Assembly (NCBI GenBank): GCA_037142615.1
Contig: JBAXAI010000003.1
Location: forward strand, 96,001 to 160,000
Length of the DNA stretch: 64,000 bases
Origin: Spirochaetales bacterium
GTDB taxonomy: Bacteria; Spirochaetota; Spirochaetia; JABEVK01
Reading direction: 5' to 3'
Position numbers and translations under genes: made by a program. Below are positions 38,581-48,559 of the stretch, piece after piece. Position 1 is the stretch's first letter. Every line of letters starts with the position of its first letter. Below the pieces are notes generated by a model. It was not told the origin of the DNA and ran no database searches. It worked only from the letters and a program-made list of their open reading frames with translations.

Positions 38581-41500
38581 AGCGTGGCTTCCACCGCCAG
38601 AGCCCCGGTCAGATCGAGGACCCCGCCCTTCACTTCCGTCCAGCCTTTCGAGGTCTGAACACGCAAAGTAGCGGGACGCGCCCGGCGAAGCGTAAAGGGA
38701 ATCCGTTGGTAGGTGAACTCGAGCGCACCACCGGACGGAATCTCGTCGAGATCCAGCAAGATGGGATCAAAGTGCAACCGGCCACTCCTCCAGCGCAATC
38801 CCAGCTCACCCCAGCGGGTCAGAACCTCTTCTTTCACTTGACCGGTCATGCCCGGCTGCTGCGCTCCGCCCTCACCGGCGGTGTGCGAATACGGGTCGAA
38901 GGGGAAGGCGCCGTACTCAGCGGGGGTCTTGTGGTAGCCCAAGCCGGAACGGATGTCTCGGTAGAGCGCCTTAAGGTCGTCGAGCTGGGGCGAGGCTTCG
39001 TCATGAGCCTTCCACACCAACTCCTGCACCGCCAGCAGCAACTTGGCCACCATGTGCCAGTAAATGCAACCCAAGCCCTCGTAGCCGAACATGGTCCCCG
39101 AGCGGCCTGTGAAGGCTTTGTGACCGAGCAGTCGTTCGTAGGCGTCGGCCACGACTTTGGCGTCCGCTCCCAGCGGCTTCAGCGCCGCCTCGACATCGTA
39201 ACGATTGGAAAGCGAGGGAGCAAAACGAACCGTTCCATCGGCCTGCGACTGCAAAATATCGGCGCGTCCGTCGGCAAGCAGCGCCCTTACCGGGGCCAAG
39301 GCCAGCGCCTCATTGTCGAGCTGGTTCTTTTCGAGGAACCCGGGCAAGGGGCGGTCGGGGTACAGCAGGTAACTGCGGCGCGCCGAGTCGTACATGCGGC
39401 TTTCGCGAAGGGCCTTCCCCAGGGCGACAGCGGCCCCGGGACCGAGCAACCCGCTGGAAAGCAGCGAAACCTGACCCTCGAGCATGGGGTACAAATGCCC
39501 CACCTCGGCGTGGTCGGGGGTGAGCGTCAGTAGGTTGTAGCTGTGGTACAAGCCGTCGTCGCGCAAGTTGTCGCGCAGGGTTTCTTCGACCAGCGGGAGC
39601 ACATCGCGAATCAGCGAGCGGAAAGCCCCGGTGGCCACCTTCACCGGAGTGCGCTGCACCGGGCGGGCGTACAACGCGGCGCGCCAGTGCTCGAGCAACG
39701 TGCCGGCTTCGTCCATCCAAAGGCGGCGAAGTTTCGGGTTGCGGCAGGCCTGGATCGGTGTACCTCGGGCCAGCTTGGTGAGCTCGGCCAGAGCGGTCGC
39801 CGTAGCTGCGGGCAGTTCCAAGGCTTCGTCGAGGAAGTCCCACTGGTCGAGAAGGACCAAGAACCGCCTCAGCGAAGCGAGCGTCACAATCGAAAGGCCG
39901 TTGCCGACCAGCGCGTTGTTGGCGTCGTTCCACTCAGGGCGCTGGGTGTTGAGCCACACGCCGCCGCCGGGCACCAGATTCCCGAGCTTCGAGATGACAA
40001 TGGTGAGCAGTTTTTCGGCCAGCGTGGCCAGCACGGGCTGACCATCGGCCGCAGAAACCAGCCGCCCATCGGCACCGAGGAGCTTTGTCCGCTCGAGCGC
40101 GGCGTGGTGGGCCTCGTGGTCAAAGTCGATGGTGAGCTTGGGGTTGGCGGCGATGTCGGCGTACGGCCGAATGCGGTAGGGTACATCGGCAAACGCGAAC
40201 ACGGGCCGGTTCCAAAGGCCCTTTAGCAGTCCGGGCTCCATCGCGTCGGCCGCCTCGAGGAACTTCAGCAGGTAGACGATCTGGTGGTCGCCCCAGTAGC
40301 CAATGAAGCTCCACGGGTCGTCGGGTTCGATGACTTCCCAGTCGAGGCCGTCGCGGCCAATCCGGTAAGGGTTGTAGCCGTCGAGCGTCATCGAGCTCAA
40401 GAAGGTGCTGATCATCGAGCCGAGGTAGTCGGGCTCACTCCAGGCCAGCGCTTCCCAGTTTTGGAAAATATCGCGCCAGTTTCCCTGGTGGCCCGTCACT
40501 CGTTTTCCCTGAGCATCGCGCACACGGATGCTGAAGCGGTTCCAGGGTCGGCTCGGGTCGCCGTGCCGTCGGCTGAAGGTCAGCGGAAGGTATTCACGGA
40601 CCAGACGTTCCAGCTGCGGGCTGCGCGAACTGGCCGCGAGCAGCACCTTTTCGCGCTCCAAGGGTTCGGCGAGTTGCGACAAGACTTGCTGGAGCAGGGG
40701 CAACAACGTCGGGTTGCGCTGGCCGACAAAGGCCTTCAGGTCGTCGGTGTCCCAACGGGTGCCCGAGGGAAACACGCCGCCGCGCATGATGTTGAACAGC
40801 ACATTTGCGGTGTGATGGGCCGCCGCCATTTCGGAGCCGGAGTTTTGAAAACCGTCGGCGCTGCGCAGCAGTTCGTTCAAGCCTCGGGTGTTGTCGGCCA
40901 GGGCCGCCTCGATTTCGGTGGCGGTGCCCCAACCGGCGGCCAAGCGCTCCGAAAGGTCGTTGGTACGCGTCTGCGACAACGGACCGTCGAACACTTGATA
41001 CCAACTCGTTGTCGAGGGTGTGGCTTCGACCCGCGCGTTTACCAGAAAGGCCCCCGACCGGCCGCGGGTCAGGGTTTCGGCGGCAACGGGGTCGCCGTTG
41101 CAAAAGGCCTTAACCTGCTTGGCCGACAGCAGAGTCTTGGCGCCGGGCAGGCCAGCCCTCCAGGCCACCAGCGCCTCGAGCGACTCCTTGGGTTCGGCCC
41201 GGTCCCATAACTTGGCGTACATGGTGAACACGCCGAGCCTTCCGCCCGCATGGGCCTCGTTCCACTTGTAGGCATCGGCCAGCGCCGACGACCAGTTGTA
41301 GGTCGCATTCGACTCACCGGAGGGAATCAGGTTAAGCAGACCGTCGAGCACGTCGACGGTGACCGGGCTCTTGCGGCACCAGAGGTCGACTCGACGCACC
41401 AACCCCAGCGACCCTGCCGAGCTCCAGGTCTGCCGGAAGGCCAAGTTGCCACCGCCGTGAAGCTCTTCGAACATCAGCTTGGTGCCGGCAAGGTTCTTGA

Positions 41501-41846
41501 ACAGGTTGCGGGTACCCACCGCATGGCCGGGCCGGTTGGCAAAGGGTTCCCACAGAACCGCTTGCCCCCCTTCTTCAAACCTCAGCCACGTGCGGGGACC
41601 GGTGTTCTCCCAGCGCGTGTGGATCTTGTCGACCGTCTCGTAAGGAAAAAACGACTGTTCCTGGTCCCTTCGTCCGCCGGCCAGCGAGCCGTTGGTCGAG
41701 ATGAAGGCCCACAGATCGCTGTCGCCAGTAAGGGCCACAAAGAACGGGTCCATCGCTTCAGCGTGCTCGATGCGATACCAGCGCTCCGTGTCACCGGCTG
41801 TCGACGCCTCGTTCACAAAGGAGCCGACGGGAAGGGGCTGGCTCAA
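38577..41846 (-). CDS. GH149-like beta-1,3-glucan phosphorylase
   Basis: About 1090 aa from a TTG overlapping the permease stop. FSRRHGDPSRPWN, GNWRDIFQNWE, GYWGDHQ, RPEWNDANNALVG, YEGLGCIYWHMV, GAQQPGMTGQVKE. Confidence 0.8.
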   Translation of the reverse strand: MSQPLPVGSFVNEASTAGDTERWYRIEHAEAMDPFFVALTGDSDLWAFISTNGSLAGGRRDQEQSFFPYETVDKIHTRWENTGPRTWLRFEEGGQAVLWEPFANRPGHAVGTRNLFKNLAGTKLMFEELHGGGNLAFRQTWSSAGSLGLVRRVDLWCRKSPVTVDVLDGLLNLIPSGESNATYNWSSALADAYKWNEAHAGGRLGVFTMYAKLWDRAEPKESLEALVAWRAGLPGAKTLLSAKQVKAFCNGDPVAAETLTRGRSGAFLVNARVEATPSTTSWYQVFDGPLSQTRTNDLSERLAAGWGTATEIEAALADNTRGLNELLRSADGFQNSGSEMAAAHHTANVLFNIMRGGVFPSGTRWDTDDLKAFVGQRNPTLLPLLQQVLSQLAEPLEREKVLLAASSRSPQLERLVREYLPLTFSRRHGDPSRPWNRFSIRVRDAQGKRVTGHQGNWRDIFQNWEALAWSEPDYLGSMISTFLSSMTLDGYNPYRIGRDGLDWEVIEPDDPWSFIGYWGDHQIVYLLKFLEAADAMEPGLLKGLWNRPVFAFADVPYRIRPYADIAANPKLTIDFDHEAHHAALERTKLLGADGRLVSAADGQPVLATLAEKLLTIVISKLGNLVPGGGVWLNTQRPEWNDANNALVGNGLSIVTLASLRRFLVLLDQWDFLDEALELPAATATALAELTKLARGTPIQACRNPKLRRLWMDEAGTLLEHWRAALYARPVQRTPVKVATGAFRSLIRDVLPLVEETLRDNLRDDGLYHSYNLLTLTPDHAEVGHLYPMLEGQVSLLSSGLLGPGAAVALGKALRESRMYDSARRSYLLYPDRPLPGFLEKNQLDNEALALAPVRALLADGRADILQSQADGTVRFAPSLSNRYDVEAALKPLGADAKVVADAYERLLGHKAFTGRSGTMFGYEGLGCIYWHMVAKLLLAVQELVWKAHDEASPQLDDLKALYRDIRSGLGYHKTPAEYGAFPFDPYSHTAGEGGAQQPGMTGQVKEEVLTRWGELGLRWRSGRLHFDPILLDLDEIPSGGALEFTYQRIPFTLRRARPATLRVQTSKGWTEVKGGVLDLTGALAVEATL

Positions 41847-42766
41847 TCGTTGTACTTCCTGGTGGCCGCCCGGTTGATGGCGTTCAACCCCAAGATGGTG
41901 ACGAAGATGAGCCACGCGATGGCACTGCCCTTGCCGATCTTGTACGCCTTGAAGGCCGTGAACATCAGGTAGTAGGCTGCCGTCAGCCCGGAGTTGCTGG
42001 GCCCGCCCATGTTGTCGTAGCCGCCGGTGAGCACAAACGGTTCTTCGAAAATCTGCATGCCACCGATGATGCTCAGCGACACCGCCAAGAAGATGATGGG
42101 GTACAACTGGGGAATGGTGATCTTGAGGTGTTTGGTGAAGGTGCGGGCCCCATCCATCTCGGCAGCCTCGTACATCTCCTGCGGGATCGCCTGCAAGCCA
42201 GCCAGGTAAATCACCGTGTTCCAACCGATGAACTTCCAGTTGAGGATGGTGCTCAGGATGACTTTGACGCCGTAGTCCTCGGATCCCCAGCGGATGTGCT
42301 CAATGCCGAACCAACCCAGGATCCAGTTGACGAGCCCGAAGTTGGTGTCGAACAGGTTGCCGAAAATAATGACCACCGAAACGGTGCTCGTGATGTAGGG
42401 CAAAAAGTACGCCGTCTTGAACAGTTCTTTCGCCTTGACGAGCTTGCTGTTGAGCAAGATGGCCAAAGGCAAAGCGATGATGTGCTGCAACAACGAACCG
42501 GTGATCAGAAGAATGACGGTATTGATGACGGCCGAGTTGAAGAACGGGTCGATCGTGAGAATGTTGACGTAGTTATTGAACCCGATGAACACGGGCGGCT
42601 TGGTGCCGATGAGCTTCCAGTCGAAGAACGAGCTGACGATGGAATACCCGATGGGGTACACACCAAAAACCAGGAAGAGGATGAAGAAAGGGCTGATGAA
42701 CACGTAGGGTGCCCATTGTTGGGCCTTCATGCGTTTTTTTCGCTGGGCGAGTACGGTGGTCGACAT
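41843..42766 (-). CDS. Carbohydrate ABC transporter permease
   Basis: YLAGLQAIPQEMYEAAEMDGA EAA loop. Confidence 0.93.
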   Translation of the reverse strand: MSTTVLAQRKKRMKAQQWAPYVFISPFFILFLVFGVYPIGYSIVSSFFDWKLIGTKPPVFIGFNNYVNILTIDPFFNSAVINTVILLITGSLLQHIIALPLAILLNSKLVKAKELFKTAYFLPYITSTVSVVIIFGNLFDTNFGLVNWILGWFGIEHIRWGSEDYGVKVILSTILNWKFIGWNTVIYLAGLQAIPQEMYEAAEMDGARTFTKHLKITIPQLYPIIFLAVSLSIIGGMQIFEEPFVLTGGYDNMGGPSNSGLTAAYYLMFTAFKAYKIGKGSAIAWLIFVTILGLNAINRAATRKYND

Positions 42767-42776
42767 ATTTGACTCC

Positions 42777-43607
42777 TTAGCCCTTCACCGCACCGGCGGT
42801 GAGACCCGAGATGATTTGACGAGAGAAGAGCATGAACACGATGAGCAGGGGCAAAAGTGTCATGGCATTGCCAAGGAACAGGGCCCCCATGTTGTTGTCG
42901 ACGCGGCTGTTGAGCACCGAAAGGGCAACAGGAAGCGTCGTCGCGTCCACGTCGGGCAGCAGGATCAGCGGGCCGGTGAAGTTGTTCCACGAGCCGACAA
43001 AGGTCACGACGCCCAGAACGGCCATACCCGCGCGGGCCAGCGGAAACACGATGCGCCACAGCATGGCAAACTCGCCGACGCCGTCAATCCGGGCTGCCTC
43101 GAGCAGTTCGTGCGGCAACGCGTTCTCAAGGAATTGCGTCATCAAAAAGATGCCGAAGGCTCCGGCCATGCCGGGAACGATCAGCGGCAGCCAGGTGTTG
43201 ATCCACCCGAACATGACCATCATTTTGTAGAAGGGGATGATGTTGAGAAACCCGGGTATCGCCATGGTGGCGATCACGAATGAAAAGAGGATCTTCTTGA
43301 ACTTGAAGTTGTATTTCGAAAAGGCAAAGCCAGCCAGCGTGCAGAAAAACAGGACACTCACCGTGGAAAGGGTGGCGATTCCCAGGCTGTTGAGAAAATT
43401 GGTGGCGAAGGGTACGCGTCCAAAAAGGGAGGTCCAGTTCTCCATCAGGCCGTTGCCGAACCAGAAGTGCGGCGGAAACGCGAGCACTTCGCGCGAGGGC
43501 CAGGTGGCGAGCACGAACACGTAGTAGAAGGGGAAGGCGAATACAAGAGCCAGCAGGCCCAGCAGGAACGTGGTCAGGTAGCTCGGAAGTTTCTTCATCG
43601 AGAACAT
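42777..43607 (-). CDS. Carbohydrate ABC transporter permease
   Basis: GGAGG RBS; ELLEAARIDGV EAA loop, SWNNF. Confidence 0.93.
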   Translation of the reverse strand: MFSMKKLPSYLTTFLLGLLALVFAFPFYYVFVLATWPSREVLAFPPHFWFGNGLMENWTSLFGRVPFATNFLNSLGIATLSTVSVLFFCTLAGFAFSKYNFKFKKILFSFVIATMAIPGFLNIIPFYKMMVMFGWINTWLPLIVPGMAGAFGIFLMTQFLENALPHELLEAARIDGVGEFAMLWRIVFPLARAGMAVLGVVTFVGSWNNFTGPLILLPDVDATTLPVALSVLNSRVDNNMGALFLGNAMTLLPLLIVFMLFSRQIISGLTAGAVKG

Positions 43608-43622
43608 AGGGGCCTCCAGGAC

Positions 43623-43660
43623 AAAAAAAGGGGGGAAGGGAGCGCGCTCCCCTCCCCCTC
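43623..43660 (-). terminator. Intra-operon hairpin with U tract after the binding-protein gene
   Basis: Minus strand GGGGGAGGGGAG-CGCG-CTCCCTTCCCCCC-TTTTTTT. Confidence 0.65.
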
Positions 43661-43667
43661 CCATTCG

Positions 43668-44930
43668 TTATTGAATGGTGGCGATCACTTTCTTCAGAGC
43701 TGCGTCGTAGGCGGCGGCAGGAGTAGCCTTTCCGTTCACAACATCGGTCACAGCGCCGTTCCAGATTCCGCCGATCACGGCGTCGTATTCCGACACCTTG
43801 TTTTCGGGGATGTTCAGGGCGACGTCAGCGTAAATCTTGCGGACCTTCTGGCCGCCGTAGTAGGGAACCGGTTCGTCCATCACGGGGTCCTTGTACACGG
43901 TGGTGAGGGCCGGGAAGGCGTCAATGGCCTTGAAGGTGGTCAACTGGGCGACGGGGCTGTTGGTCAGGTACTTCAAGACTTCCCAGGCAACGAGCTTGCG
44001 GGGACCGGGGACGGTCTGGGGAATCGACAGGTAGGTACCACCGAGCGAAGCCATCATCTTGCCGGGCAGGTAGGCCACGCGCCACTGGCTGGTGCCATCG
44101 GCTGCGGCAGGCGACAACCAGGTGCGGAGCGTGCCGCCGAACCAGGCGCCGTTCACAATGCTGGCAATCTTGCCATCGAGGTAGGCCTGGCTCCAGGGAC
44201 CGGACCAAGCGCCGAGGTCTCCGTCCACGCCGGCGGCCTTGACCTTCTGGACCAGAGTCAGGGCGTCCATGAACTTGGCCTTGGGCTCGAGGGGCTTGCC
44301 GTTGGCGAACCAGCCACCCTTGCCACCGTTCAGAGGAATAGCGGCCACAGCGGCGGGGTGTTCAATCCCGAAAATGCCCTTCGACTTGTCGGCGAGCTTC
44401 TTCATGGCGGCGATGTAGGCGTCCCAGTTGGCGAGGTTGGCCATGTCGACCTTGGCGGCCTTGGCCAGGTCGTCGCGGTAGAACATGACGGCGGGAGCGA
44501 TGTCGACGGGCATGGCAATCAGGGCGCCGTTGTCGGTCGTGGCGTTGGCCACGGAGAACTTGACCAGGTCCTTGCTCAGCTTCTTGGCGTTGAAAGGAGC
44601 GGCGTTGAGGTCGGTGAGGCCACCAGCCTGAACGAACTGAGCGATGTAACCGACTTCGAGGGCCTCGATGTCGTTGGTCTGCTCGCCGGCGGCGATGACG
44701 GTGGTCAGGCGGTTGTGGTGCCCACCAAAGTCAGAGGTTTGGAACTTGATGGCGACGTTGGGAAACTTCTTTTTGAAGTCGTCGGTAGCAATGACGGCCT
44801 GATAGGCCTTTTCCAGGTCACCGTAAGCACCAATGGTGACGGTGTAGCTCTTGGCCGGGTCGATGACCTGGCCGGTCAGCAGGGTGGCCGAAACCAGACC
44901 CAGGACCATCAGAAAACTCATTCTTTTCAT
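43668..44930 (-). CDS. Oligosaccharide ABC substrate-binding protein
   Basis: GGAGG RBS, signal peptide, AMPVDIAP..MFYR, GGTYLSIP. Confidence 0.92.
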   Translation of the reverse strand: MKRMSFLMVLGLVSATLLTGQVIDPAKSYTVTIGAYGDLEKAYQAVIATDDFKKKFPNVAIKFQTSDFGGHHNRLTTVIAAGEQTNDIEALEVGYIAQFVQAGGLTDLNAAPFNAKKLSKDLVKFSVANATTDNGALIAMPVDIAPAVMFYRDDLAKAAKVDMANLANWDAYIAAMKKLADKSKGIFGIEHPAAVAAIPLNGGKGGWFANGKPLEPKAKFMDALTLVQKVKAAGVDGDLGAWSGPWSQAYLDGKIASIVNGAWFGGTLRTWLSPAAADGTSQWRVAYLPGKMMASLGGTYLSIPQTVPGPRKLVAWEVLKYLTNSPVAQLTTFKAIDAFPALTTVYKDPVMDEPVPYYGGQKVRKIYADVALNIPENKVSEYDAVIGGIWNGAVTDVVNGKATPAAAYDAALKKVIATIQ

Positions 44931-44965
44931 GATTCCTCCATGGAACACGTTTGAGCGGGGCAATT

Positions 44966-45051
44966 ACTTGCACCCCGCAAGTTACCGGAGTTTCAACCCA
45001 CTTTCAGAACCTGTCAACCCAGAAAATGAAAAAACTTTCTTATTGCAAGAA
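44966..45051. promoter_or_regulatory. Two N5-spaced inverted repeats, candidate ROK operators in the divergent promoter
   Basis: ACTTGC-N5-GCAAGT (44966-82) and TTCTT-N5-AAGAA (45037-51). Confidence 0.4.
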
Positions 45052-45101
45052 TCTCAACGAATCCGATTGACGGGATCAAGAAACCGGGGTAAAGCGAATC
45101 C

Positions 45102-45920
45102 ATGACACGACCTCAAGTGATCTTCACCAGCCTCCTCTTCATGTTTGCGTGCCTCATTCCGCTAGCGTCGCAGCAAGCCCCCCCAGGCTATCACTTGGTC
45201 TGGAGCGATGAGTTCGACGGTCCCGACATCGACAAGTCCAAGTGGTCTTTTTCGGTCGGCGGCGGAGGCTTTGGCAACAACGAGATGCAATGGTACTCCA
45301 ACAAGCCCGAAAACTCCCGCATCGAAGGGGGGCAATTGGTCATCACCACCCTCAAGCAGAAGATGGCGGGTTGGCCCTACACCAGCGCTAAACTGCAGAC
45401 GAAAGCGACCTGGACTTACGGCCGCGTTGAGGTACGAGCCCAAGTGCCAAAGGGCGTGGGCAGCTGGCCGGCCATCTGGATGCTCCCCGCGCCCATCAGC
45501 GATCCGAGCCTCAGCCCTGCGGAACTGAGCTGGCCGACCACGGGCGAGATCGACATTATGGAGCACGTGGGCTTCGACACGACGCTCATCGCTCAGACCT
45601 TCCACACGGGAGCGTTCAATTTTAAAATCAACACCCAAAAGGGAATACGGCTCACCGCTCCTGATGCCGAAACGGCCTTTCACGTGTACGGGGTCGACTG
45701 GACCCCCGAGAAGGCGGACTTCCTGTTGGACGGCGAGGTGGTCTATACTTTTGCCAATATGCACAAGACCCGTCAGGAGTGGCCCTTCGACCGCCCGTTC
45801 TACCTCATCCTGAACACCGCCGCTGGGGGCGACTGGGGTGGTCAGGAAGGGGTCGACAATGCCTCGCTCCCGTGGAACTTCCACATCGACTGGGTAAGGG
45901 TGTACGGTGCAGACCACTAA
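45102..45920 (+). CDS. GH16 laminarinase (endo-1,3-beta-glucanase)
   Basis: Signal peptide, LVWSDEFDG, WPAIWML, GEIDIMEHVG. Confidence 0.93.
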   Translation: MTRPQVIFTSLLFMFACLIPLASQQAPPGYHLVWSDEFDGPDIDKSKWSFSVGGGGFGNNEMQWYSNKPENSRIEGGQLVITTLKQKMAGWPYTSAKLQTKATWTYGRVEVRAQVPKGVGSWPAIWMLPAPISDPSLSPAELSWPTTGEIDIMEHVGFDTTLIAQTFHTGAFNFKINTQKGIRLTAPDAETAFHVYGVDWTPEKADFLLDGEVVYTFANMHKTRQEWPFDRPFYLILNTAAGGDWGGQEGVDNASLPWNFHIDWVRVYGADH

Positions 45921-47115
45921 CCCCATCGGCCAGCGGCGCAACAATTTGGCCGTGCTGGCCAGGGCCATCTGGAAGACCCCCGGCATCAGCCGACGTGAGC
46001 TCGTCGATCACTTTGAAATCGACGAGTCGAGCGTGTCGCGCCTGGTTTCGCAGCTCATCCAAATGGGATTGGTCGAAAGCTCGGGAACGGTGGAAGGCTC
46101 CTCGACTCCAGGACCTGCGCCCGGTGGCCGACGACGCATCGCCCTCAAGGTTCGCGAAGACTTTGGGCAAGTCTGGGGCTTGGCCCTCTGGCGTGACCGT
46201 GTCCGGGTGACTGTGATTAACATGCAGGGACAAAGTCTCGCCACGCAAGAGTTTCCTCTTCAGCCCTACGACGGCGACTGGAAGGCCTACCTGCAGCGGG
46301 CTGTGCACTTGGCAGTCCAGTTGTCGGCCCGAACGGCTGCCGCCCAGGCCGGTGTGCCCCGCCCCCTGATGGGCATTGGCCTGGGCATGCCTGGCTGGGT
46401 CGACTCGGAATTGTCGATGGTCGTCCGTTCGGATGAGTTTGGTCTGCGTCAGGTGACCTGCCCCGTCCAGTGGCCCGAGCATCTGCCGGTCTTGTGGGAA
46501 AACGACGCCAACTGCGGTGCCTGGAGCGGGTTGGGCCGAGGTGCCCCCACCGACGACGAGCTCTATGTGATCGCGCGCTTTTTGGAAAACGGTCCGCTCG
46601 GGCTGCCGAGCGAACTTTCGGTAGGCTTTGGGCTGATCGTCAACGGCCAACTCCACCGGGGCTGGCGGCACGCGGCCGGCGAGTTTATCTCAGCGCTGTG
46701 GAAACCGGGTTGTAGTTCGGCCTACGGTCTGGACGACTACACCTTCGGACGCAGCCGAATCGACAAGGAGGCCTTTCTTGCCACGGTCGGCGAGGTTCTC
46801 CGCAACCTGCGTTTTGCCACCGAACTGCTCGACCCCCATACCATTCACCTGGGCGGCGACCTGAAAGACCGTTTTGACGACGTCAAAGAAGCCTGCGATC
46901 TGGTAGCCTGGCCGGCGGGCAAGGCCCTGCTTCACCCGCTGCCAGCCGGAATCGACGAGGTCAGCTTGGGTGCGGCCCTGCTGGTGCTCGACGAACTGTT
47001 CCAGTTCCCCTCGGGTGACCGCCTCACCCTGTTCCGTGGTTATGGCACGGGCGTCAACGACCCGGTGTGGCGTGGGCTGCCTTCGGGCCTCGAGTCTTGC
47101 CCGGCCGTCAAATAA
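45907..47115 (+). CDS. ROK-family transcriptional regulator
   Basis: N-terminal wHTH (ISRRELV...SSVSRLVSQL), GGRR, GMPGWVD, ENDANC, AGEF. Confidence 0.88.
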   Translation: MQTTNPIGQRRNNLAVLARAIWKTPGISRRELVDHFEIDESSVSRLVSQLIQMGLVESSGTVEGSSTPGPAPGGRRRIALKVREDFGQVWGLALWRDRVRVTVINMQGQSLATQEFPLQPYDGDWKAYLQRAVHLAVQLSARTAAAQAGVPRPLMGIGLGMPGWVDSELSMVVRSDEFGLRQVTCPVQWPEHLPVLWENDANCGAWSGLGRGAPTDDELYVIARFLENGPLGLPSELSVGFGLIVNGQLHRGWRHAAGEFISALWKPGCSSAYGLDDYTFGRSRIDKEAFLATVGEVLRNLRFATELLDPHTIHLGGDLKDRFDDVKEACDLVAWPAGKALLHPLPAGIDEVSLGAALLVLDELFQFPSGDRLTLFRGYGTGVNDPVWRGLPSGLESCPAVK

Positions 47116-48498
47116 TTACAGCCCGGCGAGCTTGCGCGGATCAAGCACCGAGTTCAAGTCCTTTTCCGACAACAGTTTCTGCTCCAAGACAAGCTGACGG
47201 ATAGTCTTGTCTTCGGCCAGCGCCTGCTTGCTCAGCGCGGCAGCGCGGTCGTAGCCGATAACCAGCGCCAGCGGCGTCACCAGTGCCAGGGAACGCTCGA
47301 CCTGCTCGCTGGCGCGCCTCTCGTCGGCCACGATGCCCAGCACGCAACTCTCGGAAAACGTGTCGACGCACCGCGTCAGGAGCTCCAGCGAACTGAGCGT
47401 CTCGTGGGCTAAGAGTGGCATCATGATGTTGAGCTGCAACGGCGCGTTTTGGCCCGCAATCGTCACGCTCAGGTGCTTGCCCATCACGTGGGCGCAGGCC
47501 TGATTCAGCATTTCGAGGATGACCGGGTTCACCTTGCCTGGCATGATGGAACTCCCGGGCTGCAAGCTCGGCAGCAGGATTTCGCCAAAACCCGTGCGCG
47601 GCCCCGACGAGAGCAACCGCAGGTCGTTGCCGATTTTGAGCAGACTGGTTGCCACGGTGTTCAACGCTCCCATGAGCTCGACCTGGCTGTCGCGGGCCGC
47701 AATGGCCTCGTACAGGTTCTCGGCCTGGTGAAACCCAACGCCCAGCTTTGTGGCCAGCGCCGCTGCCGTGCGGGCCCCAAACTCGGGGTGGGTGTTCAGG
47801 CCGGTGCCGAGCGCGGTTCCGCCCAGCGCCAATTCTTCCAGCCGTCCGAACGTCGCCCGCACCCGTTCGGCCCCGAGGCGCACCTGACGCGCAAACGCGC
47901 CGAACTCGTTGCCCAGCGTCATGGGCACGGCGTCTTGCAGGTGCGTTCGGCCAATCTTGACGATGCTCGCAAACTCACTGGCTTTGGCCTCCAATGCGGC
48001 GGCTAACCGGTCGAGCGAGGTGGCGAAGCGCGCCGCTTCGAGCCGACAACTGACGTTGAGCGTGGCCGGGATCACATCGTTGGAACTCTGCCCCAGATTG
48101 ACATGGTCATTAGGGTGGACCGGCGACTTGCCCCCCCGGGACGAACCCAGGAGCTCGTTGGCGCGGCCAGCCAAGACCTCGTTGGCGTTCATGTTCCAAC
48201 TGGTGCCGCTGCCGGTCTGAAACACGTCCAGCGGAAACTCGCCGTCGAACCGGCCCTCGAAAGCCTCGTGGGCTGCCTGTTCAATTGCCAACGCGATTCG
48301 GGCCTCGAGCAGGCCCAGACCGGCGTTCGTGCGCGCCGCCTCGCCTTTGATCAGGCATAGTGCCCGCAAAAAAGGCGTCGGGATGCGGTGGGGCGAAACC
48401 TGAAAGTTTCGGCGGGCCCGCTCGGTTTGTGCCCCCCAATAGCGTTCAGAATCGACCTCGATCGGTCCCATGGAATCGGTTTCGGTCCGGTTTTTCAT
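47116..48498 (-). CDS. fumC: Class II fumarate hydratase (fumarase/aspartase family)
   Basis: ETDSMG, QTGSGTS.NMN.NEV, GRTHLQDA, GSSIMPGKVNP. Confidence 0.9.
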   Translation of the reverse strand: MKNRTETDSMGPIEVDSERYWGAQTERARRNFQVSPHRIPTPFLRALCLIKGEAARTNAGLGLLEARIALAIEQAAHEAFEGRFDGEFPLDVFQTGSGTSWNMNANEVLAGRANELLGSSRGGKSPVHPNDHVNLGQSSNDVIPATLNVSCRLEAARFATSLDRLAAALEAKASEFASIVKIGRTHLQDAVPMTLGNEFGAFARQVRLGAERVRATFGRLEELALGGTALGTGLNTHPEFGARTAAALATKLGVGFHQAENLYEAIAARDSQVELMGALNTVATSLLKIGNDLRLLSSGPRTGFGEILLPSLQPGSSIMPGKVNPVILEMLNQACAHVMGKHLSVTIAGQNAPLQLNIMMPLLAHETLSSLELLTRCVDTFSESCVLGIVADERRASEQVERSLALVTPLALVIGYDRAAALSKQALAEDKTIRQLVLEQKLLSEKDLNSVLDPRKLAGL

Positions 48499-48559
48499 GC
48501 CCATGATGATAGGACAGGTTGGCATGGGGTGCAAGAATGGGCTACAGTTTCTCAAAAGT

